Shown: one piece after another, positions 57,532 through 64,000 of the stretch
How the letters are laid out: every line of letters begins with the position of its first letter
How positions within the stretch are numbered: position 1 is the first letter of the stretch
Assembly: GCA_033762295.1 (NCBI GenBank)
Contig: JANRLW010000009.1
Location: 33,614-97,613 of the forward strand
DNA: 64,000 nt
Direction: 5' to 3'
From: Capsulimonadales bacterium
Lineage (GTDB): Bacteria; Armatimonadota; Armatimonadia; Armatimonadales; Armatimonadaceae
Translations under genes and position numbers: made by a program
The notes under the pieces: model-generated
Told to the model about the DNA's origin: nothing
Databases searched by the model: none
What the model saw: only the letters and a program-made list of their open reading frames with translations

Positions 57532-57681
57532 ATGATGACCCGAAAGAACCTCGTGCGCGTAACGATGGCCGTGACGGCCCTGCTGGTGATGTCTCAAGGC
57601 GTCCAAGCGACTCCACCGGAACTGAAACCGGAACCGAAATCGATTATCGCGATCCTGATCGGACTGTTCCAGGGCAGGTAA
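57532..57681 (+). CDS. small putatively secreted peptide (49 aa)
   Basis: GAAAGGA RBS; basic-hydrophobic-VQA signal peptide. Confidence 0.5.
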   Translation: MMTRKNLVRVTMAVTALLVMSQGVQATPPELKPEPKSIIAILIGLFQGR

Positions 57682-57883
57682 CCGCTCCGGTCAGGCATCT
57701 CCCGGACGGAGGCCCCACCTCCGTCCGTTTTCGTTCGTCGTACCGCAGGTCCGCAAGCGCATTACGGTTCCGTGTAACCTGCGGTCGTCGCCGGTGTCAA
57801 AGCAGTTGCGAAAATCGTAATGAGACCTGCCGCGCCCTGTCCTCACAGTCCTCGCAGGTCCTCGCGGAAAAGGCATGCACACC

Positions 57884-59092
57884 ATGGCGATCGACGTACT
57901 CGAAAAACTGAATCGGCGTTTCTCGGATCTGCACGAGCGACTGTTCGGCCATATCGGCCAGCGGGAACTCCGCCCGCACGACATTTTGCGGCGAATCACC
58001 GCCGAAATGGAGGCGAGTCGGCGGAAAGGGCTGGACGGCTACCCGTACGTGCCGAACGTTTACACGCTTCAGGTCGCGGTCGGCAGCGAGGATGAACGCC
58101 AGTACCTTCGAACGTTTCTGGGTGCGGAGGAACTGGTCAACGCCGTCGCCCAGGAGATCGAGACACGCGGATACCGGGTAAAAGGCACGTTGCTGTTCAC
58201 GGTCGAGGAGGTTCCTCCGGCGGTTCTGGAACAGCGCATCCGGGTACTGTGCCGTTTCGATCCGGACGCCGCTCCGACGCCCCGCCCGGAGCCCGCCGAA
58301 GCCCCTTTTTCCCCGCGCCCCGCTCCCCCGACTCCCGCCCCTTCCCCGATCCTTGCCGAAACGGGTGACCCGGAAGACGAGGAGGAACCCGGCACGATCG
58401 CCGCCATCACGCCCGCCGTCGCTCTTCTGGAAGTGACCGGCGCCGGCGGTTCCAGGACCGTCGCCCCCGTGACGCTGGCCGGCGTACGGATCGGCCGTAG
58501 CAAACGCGCCGGCAACGATGTCATTATCGAGAACGATCCGCAGGTTTCCAAGCGCCACGCCCGCATCGCTTACGAACAGGGACGTTTCGTTCTGTACGAT
58601 GAGGGTTCGACCAACGGAACCACCCTTCGGGACGTTCGCATCCCGGTCAACCAGCCGACGCCGCTCCCGTTCGGGGAAGCGTTTCGGATCGGCGACTGCG
58701 TCCTGGTTCTTCGCCAGAAGACCTCGGCTCCCACGCCTCCCACCGCCCCACCCGCTTACCCGGCGTCCCCGGCCGCTTCCACGACGGAACCGTCGGGAAA
58801 CGCGATCATCTATCGTCTGGTGGCCGGAGATGGCACCGTACATACCCTTGCCTCCGAGATGACGGTCGGACGCGGAGTGACCGAGGATATCGTTCTGCAC
58901 GGGAACGGCGTTTCCTCGCGGCACGCCCGACTCTCCCTGCGCGGCGTCGCCCTCTATGTCGAAGACCTCAATACTCCCGGGGGAACCTTTGTCAACGGCG
59001 AGAGAATTCCGGCGAATTTTCCGGTTGCGCTTTATAATGAGGATCAGGTCAGGTTCGGCGAGGTGCTGCTCCGGGTGGAACGCAGCCGGTAG
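57884..59092 (+). CDS. FhaA-like protein (DUF3662 + two FHA domains)
   Basis: YVPNVYTL; IGR...VSKRHA..GSTNGT; VGR...VSSRHA..GGTFVNG. Confidence 0.88.
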   Translation: MAIDVLEKLNRRFSDLHERLFGHIGQRELRPHDILRRITAEMEASRRKGLDGYPYVPNVYTLQVAVGSEDERQYLRTFLGAEELVNAVAQEIETRGYRVKGTLLFTVEEVPPAVLEQRIRVLCRFDPDAAPTPRPEPAEAPFSPRPAPPTPAPSPILAETGDPEDEEEPGTIAAITPAVALLEVTGAGGSRTVAPVTLAGVRIGRSKRAGNDVIIENDPQVSKRHARIAYEQGRFVLYDEGSTNGTTLRDVRIPVNQPTPLPFGEAFRIGDCVLVLRQKTSAPTPPTAPPAYPASPAASTTEPSGNAIIYRLVAGDGTVHTLASEMTVGRGVTEDIVLHGNGVSSRHARLSLRGVALYVEDLNTPGGTFVNGERIPANFPVALYNEDQVRFGEVLLRVERSR

Positions 59093-59167
59093 CCGGAGGA
59101 ACTGACGGGAACCTTCCGTTCCCTACGTCCCATCCAGTCCAATCTCGGAGAGAGTCCGGACTCCGTT

Positions 59168-60697
59168 ATGAGCCAGTCTTCCAGCAATTCGAACTTCTCA
59201 CTCGGGTTTCGCACCGATGTCGGCCGCCAGCGAACCAATAACGAAGACGCGGCCGCCATCTTCGAGGTGTCGGGAACGGATGCCGCCTTTGTCGTTTGCG
59301 ACGGCATGGGCGGTCTGCGAGCCGGTGATATCGCCGCGAAGGAAGCGGTGGACGCGGTTCGCGCCAGTCTTCAGGAATCGTTTCGCGCCGGGAATGCGGA
59401 CCCGATCAAGGCGCTCGCCGAAGCGTTCCGTCGCGCGAACGATGCCGTCAATGCACTGGAGCCGGTCGACGATACCCCGCCCGCCCTGCCGCCGGGAGCG
59501 GAATTCGGCAGTCCCATCGTCCGTCAGGAGGCCGCGACCGAAAAGAAACGATTGATGGGCACGACCTGTGTCGCCGGTCTCGTCATCGCCGACACCCTCT
59601 ACGTCGGGCATGCCGGTGATTCCCGCGCCTACCGATGGCGACGCGGTCACCTGACCCGTCTGACCGAGGACCACTCCTTCGTCGCCGAACGTGTCCGGGC
59701 CGGCGATATGACCGAAGCGGAAGCCAAGGTCTCTCGCTTTCGCAACATCGTCACCCGCGCCATCGGAATCGAAGCCACCGTCGAGCCGGAGTTTCGACGC
59801 GAACCGCTCGAACCCGGCGATGTGATTCTGGTCTGCTCCGACGGACTGACCACCATGCTGGACGACCCGGAGATCGCGAACACGCTCAATCGTCCGAATG
59901 TGCGCCGCCAGACGCCCGAAGCGGCGGCATCGTTCCTGGTCGATGCCGCCAATCGCGCCGGCGGCGCGGACAACGTCACCGTGCTACTGCTGAAAGTGCG
60001 AGGGGAAGCGCCCATGTCGGAAGTGATAGGCATTATCGACATCGACTCACCCCGTCCTTCCCGGAAGTCCGGAGGGGCGACGTTTCTCTGGGTTCTGCTC
60101 GGTGTGCTTCTCACCCTGACCCTCCTGATGGCGCTCTTCTCCTTCTATCCGCCCTTCCGTTTACGAATCAGCGAACTGGCCGCGCCGCCCGTGCCGCCCG
60201 GTCCGCCGCCCCCGCCGGATTATGCCGCTCTCACCTACGACCCTCCGGTTCTGTTCAACGAACTGCTCGCGCGCGGCGATCTGCTCTCCTATTCGCCCGG
60301 CAACGGGCTGTATTTCGTCGCCGGCGGAACCGGAAAAGTGGCCCGACTCGATCCGACCGGCGTCCCGGTCATTTCGGTGGAGGCGCTCGAGATCCCCGAT
60401 CCGCAGCCGGTGATCCCCTCGACGCGCGTCTTCATGACCAGCGATCCCCAGGGAAATGTCTACCTTTCTTATACCAAACGGAAGGTCGTCGAGAAGAAGA
60501 GTCCGAAGGGAAAACTGCTGGACGTCATTCGCGGGTTCAAGCAGCCGGAAGCCATCGCGGTCGACGAGAACGGCAACCTGTTCGTCGTCGATTTCAACCA
60601 GGTGAAGGTCTGCCGCGCCCGCCCGCCGAAACCGTCCGCGTCGCCGACGGCCACGGCGTCACCGACGGCCACGGCGTCGCCGAAAGGACAGGGTTGA
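59168..60697 (+). CDS. PP2C/Stp1 Ser/Thr phosphatase with TM and NHL-like C-terminal domain
   Basis: DVGRQRTNNED, CDGMGG, MGTT, GDSRAY, CSDGL, GGADN; TM; PEAIAVDENGNLFVVD. Confidence 0.92.
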   Translation: MSQSSSNSNFSLGFRTDVGRQRTNNEDAAAIFEVSGTDAAFVVCDGMGGLRAGDIAAKEAVDAVRASLQESFRAGNADPIKALAEAFRRANDAVNALEPVDDTPPALPPGAEFGSPIVRQEAATEKKRLMGTTCVAGLVIADTLYVGHAGDSRAYRWRRGHLTRLTEDHSFVAERVRAGDMTEAEAKVSRFRNIVTRAIGIEATVEPEFRREPLEPGDVILVCSDGLTTMLDDPEIANTLNRPNVRRQTPEAAASFLVDAANRAGGADNVTVLLLKVRGEAPMSEVIGIIDIDSPRPSRKSGGATFLWVLLGVLLTLTLLMALFSFYPPFRLRISELAAPPVPPGPPPPPDYAALTYDPPVLFNELLARGDLLSYSPGNGLYFVAGGTGKVARLDPTGVPVISVEALEIPDPQPVIPSTRVFMTSDPQGNVYLSYTKRKVVEKKSPKGKLLDVIRGFKQPEAIAVDENGNLFVVDFNQVKVCRARPPKPSASPTATASPTATASPKGQG

Positions 60698-60698
60698 T

Positions 60699-62555
60699 AT
60701 GCCGGTCGGGTCCATCGGGAAGTACGAACGGCTCGATGTCCTGGGTCATGGCACCTCGGGAATCGTCTACCTCGCCTGGGACACGCTCCTCCGTCGTAAC
60801 GTCGCCCTCAAAGAGATTCGCGCCGCCGGTCCGGAAATGGAACGGGTCATCGAGGAGGCGCGTCTGCTCGAGCGTCTGCGCGGCCATCCCAACATTGTCG
60901 AGGTCCATTCGGTCGACCGGGTCGACGGGGTCGTCCTGATCGACATGGAACTGGTGCGCGGTCAGACCCTGGCCGATTTCCTGGCAACGCGTTCCGCCCA
61001 GGGGAGCCTTTCCCTTCCGCCCGCCGACGCCATCCGCATCGCCGGACAGGTGCTGGACGCCCTGGAACATGCCCATACCCGTCGCATCGTCCACCGCGAT
61101 GTCAAACCCGCCAACATACTGATCGCGAACGACGGAGCGGTCAAACTGACGGACTTCGGACTGGCGGAAGCCCTCGGGACCGGTTCGGTCGCGGGCGGCG
61201 GCGGCACCTATCCGTACATGGCGCCCGAGGATTTCGCCGAGGAGGCCGACTCCGACTACCGGTCGGACCTCTGGGCGGTCGGCGTTCTGCTCTACGAAAT
61301 GCTCACCGGTCGCCGCCCGTTCAATGTCACGCGGAAAAAGGACCCGTTCGCCTGGAAGCGCGCCATTGAGACCGAGATACCGGAACGGCCGTCGCGCGTC
61401 GTCTCCGGTATCCCTCCCGCGCTCGACGACGTCGTCATGAAAGCGCTCGCAAAGAACAAGTCGTCCCGCTACCCGACGGCGCAGCTGTTCGCGCAATCGT
61501 TGCGCGCGGTGGCTCTGCCGCAGGTAATCGGAGCGAGCGCCCCGCCCTCCCTGCCCCGAGCCCCGGACGGATCGCCCTATCTGACCTTCGCACAGGGGGC
61601 GGTCGCGGTCTTTACGCTGGATCAGCTGCGCGATGCCTATGCGAAATACTGGGAAGAGGGCAAGCAATCCCTTCTCACCGGTCAGGCGGAAGCGTTCCTG
61701 CGGGCGATCGGCGAGGTCTATATCGCCGAACTCGCCGCCGAACTTGCCGCGCAGAAGGATCGGAACCCCGATACCCGGCTGTTCGAGTTCATCGAGCGGT
61801 CGGGACCGGACGAAGGGGACCGCTCGATGTCGACCGTACCCAATCCGCTCCCGCTGATTCAGGAGATTGCGGGCAAGGCACGGGGCAATCGCTTTCGAAT
61901 CGCCCGCCAGGAACGGAAGGAGAAGGCCGAGAAAGCGCGTTCCGAGCGAAATGTTCCCGGCGACGATCGCACTGCGGAACCGAAAGCGGCGGTCCCCGCC
62001 CCGCCTCCGTCTCCCCCCACCGCCGCGCCTCCGGAGGCTCTCTCGATCCCGTCCGACCGGATCACGACGCCCGATGTCCCCGCCAAATCGGAACGGCCCC
62101 GTTCCACCGGTTCCCCGGCCTGGTTTATCGCCCTGCTGGTCCTGTGTCTTGCCCCGCCGGTCGCTGCCGCTTTCGGGGGCGCAAGGTTGTGGGGCGGTCA
62201 CGGGCGATTCAATAACATTCAGGAAGCGCTGGCGATCACGGGGCTTCTGTCGGCCATGCTATTGATCGCCGGGACCGGCGCGAAGGTGCATCCGGTGGCA
62301 CGGGCGTTCTGCTTTATGCCGATGGCGGCGGGTATTCTCTGCCTGGGTTCGATGGGTGCGGTCGAGGTCAACGGGCAGGGGCTTAACCTGACCGATGCGC
62401 CCTTACGCGCCGCCGCGCTACTGGTCGCCCCGCTCCTGCTGCTCGTTTCCGAAGCGCTGACCGTGAAACAGGGATGGAAGTTCTGGTCGGGCGTGATCTG
62501 CCTTCTCGCCGGAATGGCGACCGCCTATTACCTCCGCCCCCTGTTTCCCGCCTGA
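60699..62555 (+). CDS. Hanks-type Ser/Thr protein kinase with C-terminal multi-TM region
   Basis: LGHGTSGIV, VALK, HRDVKPAN, DFG, YMAPE, SDLWAVG. Confidence 0.93.
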   Translation: MPVGSIGKYERLDVLGHGTSGIVYLAWDTLLRRNVALKEIRAAGPEMERVIEEARLLERLRGHPNIVEVHSVDRVDGVVLIDMELVRGQTLADFLATRSAQGSLSLPPADAIRIAGQVLDALEHAHTRRIVHRDVKPANILIANDGAVKLTDFGLAEALGTGSVAGGGGTYPYMAPEDFAEEADSDYRSDLWAVGVLLYEMLTGRRPFNVTRKKDPFAWKRAIETEIPERPSRVVSGIPPALDDVVMKALAKNKSSRYPTAQLFAQSLRAVALPQVIGASAPPSLPRAPDGSPYLTFAQGAVAVFTLDQLRDAYAKYWEEGKQSLLTGQAEAFLRAIGEVYIAELAAELAAQKDRNPDTRLFEFIERSGPDEGDRSMSTVPNPLPLIQEIAGKARGNRFRIARQERKEKAEKARSERNVPGDDRTAEPKAAVPAPPPSPPTAAPPEALSIPSDRITTPDVPAKSERPRSTGSPAWFIALLVLCLAPPVAAAFGGARLWGGHGRFNNIQEALAITGLLSAMLLIAGTGAKVHPVARAFCFMPMAAGILCLGSMGAVEVNGQGLNLTDAPLRAAALLVAPLLLLVSEALTVKQGWKFWSGVICLLAGMATAYYLRPLFPA

Positions 62556-62572
62556 ACGGCGCGGTCGTCTTC

Positions 62573-63343
62573 CTACGTATTGGCCGCGCTTCGTCGGGCG
62601 CGGTAGTTCCAGCCGCTCAAAACCAGGCGTTCGTTCGGGTGGCCGTTCGGCTCCTCTACGGCGTCATCCCCGGCATGGAGTTGCACCAGAACGGTCTTTC
62701 GTTCCTTCGCAGAGCGGTTGGGCATCGAGCCGTGGATCAAAAAGTAGTGGAAGAAGACGACATCGCCCGGTTCGGCCTCCAGCGGCGTCGAACCGGACAG
62801 CGGATGCTTTTCCAGCAGTTCCGACTCGCTCTGCCCGGAGGTCCCGCCGACGCGCCCGAATTTGTGGGAGCCGGGGTAGACGCGGAAGCAACCCATCTCG
62901 TCGGTCGCCTCGGAGATATGGATAATCCCGGCCATCATCGTGTCCTTCTCGGTCGGGAAGTAGTTCCAGTCCTGATGCATGGGGAACGGCGCACCGATCT
63001 CCGGCGGCTTCATGAAGAGTTTCGTATGGTGGAGGATCACGTCCGGACCGAGGATCGCCTGTGCGACGGACAGAAAGTTCGGCTGGAGAAGGGCACGCAG
63101 CCAGCGAGCGGAATATTGCTGGACATTATGCGTATGAAGGACGGTCAGGGAACCGACGTCCATCTTTTCCATTTCGGGGCCGGACCAGCGGGCATTGATA
63201 TTCTCGCCGGAGTCCTGCAACTGCCGGACGATATGATCGAAGTCCTCGTCCAGTTCCCGGACCTCCTCCGGCGAATAGACGCCCTTTGCGACGTAGTAAC
63301 CGTTCTCCACGAAAAACGCGCGGATGCTTTCCCGGTCAGGCAT
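62573..63343 (-). CDS. phytanoyl-CoA dioxygenase (PhyH) family 2OG-Fe(II) enzyme
   Basis: KPP...HQD, PGSH, GDVVFFH, HGS..N...R; GAGGA RBS. Confidence 0.9.
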   Translation of the reverse strand: MPDRESIRAFFVENGYYVAKGVYSPEEVRELDEDFDHIVRQLQDSGENINARWSGPEMEKMDVGSLTVLHTHNVQQYSARWLRALLQPNFLSVAQAILGPDVILHHTKLFMKPPEIGAPFPMHQDWNYFPTEKDTMMAGIIHISEATDEMGCFRVYPGSHKFGRVGGTSGQSESELLEKHPLSGSTPLEAEPGDVVFFHYFLIHGSMPNRSAKERKTVLVQLHAGDDAVEEPNGHPNERLVLSGWNYRARRSAANT

Positions 63344-63520
63344 ATTGTTCCTCGTTGCACTCTCGAAATATAGAGTTCCATTCGCCGACCGTCGGAAAAC
63401 TCCTTCTCTCCCGTCTTCCCTCTTGTCCGCTCTTGTCCGCTCGCACCGTTCGGAAACTTTTTCGACGGCCAACCCGTAACGAAACCGGGGCCTCCATCGT
63501 TCCTCGGAAAGTTGAACGGA

Positions 63521-64000
63521 TCAACGACGGTCGACCGTTTCGACAGAGAAATAGAAATCGGCCTTGTCCGGCAGTAGCCACCGAACGTGACCGTCCGCGA
63601 ACGCGTAATTCCCTCCCCCCGCATGGCGTTCCCCACCGTGGACCTGTCCCTTTTCCAGTTGATCGGGATCATCGAGCGCACCCCAAACCGCGCCTGGATT
63701 TTTCCCGCCATCCGGTGACGACAAACAAACATGAAGGACCCTGGCTTCCATGATTTCGATGACTTCCGAAGGACGGACCAGAGCGGATTCGTGTAGCCCG
63801 GTCAGAGTGAGGGTGCCGGGGACGCCTCCCAAATCCGTTCCGCTAATCCGATCCAATCCAAAGTTCCGAGCATACCCGGAAGTCATTCCCGACCGCCAGT
63901 TCCGTATGCGTTCAGGAGATACGGTCACATCCGGGCAGCGTAACTCCGGTGATTTCAGATAGGGACGTACCAGATCGTACCAGATCGTTCGATCGTTCAA
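63521..64000 (-). CDS. DUF1559/H-X9-DG protein, 3' part (start lies outside the window)
   Basis: PYLKSPELRCP; RHAGGGNYAFADGHVR. Confidence 0.8.
   Translation of the reverse strand: MNDRTIWYDLVRPYLKSPELRCPDVTVSPERIRNWRSGMTSGYARNFGLDRISGTDLGGVPGTLTLTGLHESALVRPSEVIEIMEARVLHVCLSSPDGGKNPGAVWGALDDPDQLEKGQVHGGERHAGGGNYAFADGHVRWLLPDKADFYFSVETVDRR

Overview
GC-rich bacterial chromosomal segment. DUF1559 prepilin-like genes of the '[21 protein letters not shown]' type, with small single-TM partners, suggest Armatimonadota (inference). Housekeeping genes (acnA, ychF, ruvA/ruvB, rplY, aspS, an OGG1-like glycosylase) alternate with transport, peptidase, glycosidase and Ser/Thr-signalling genes. The main result is a ~7.5 kb photoactive yellow protein (PYP) locus at 48157-55704, arranged A1-pyp1-B1 | A2-B2-pyp2-CoA ligase-TAL. 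It has two PYP paralogs with N-terminal extensions, a putative p-coumarate chromophore pathway, and two duplicated uncharacterised partner families that share a helical repeat. Each block is preceded by a sigma54-type -24/-12 promoter. Also notable: a tRNA-Leu(UAA) split by a 241-nt group I intron at the cyanobacterial/plastid trnL position; an IrrE/ImmA-peptidase + UvrD helicase + Fe-S nuclease-like fusion; an ArsI-like/AhpD arsenic-related divergon; an XisI remnant; and a GH42-like domain embedded in very long disordered Arg-patch arms. No CRISPR array, transposase or integrase was seen. All calls come from motif recognition by eye; no database searches were run.
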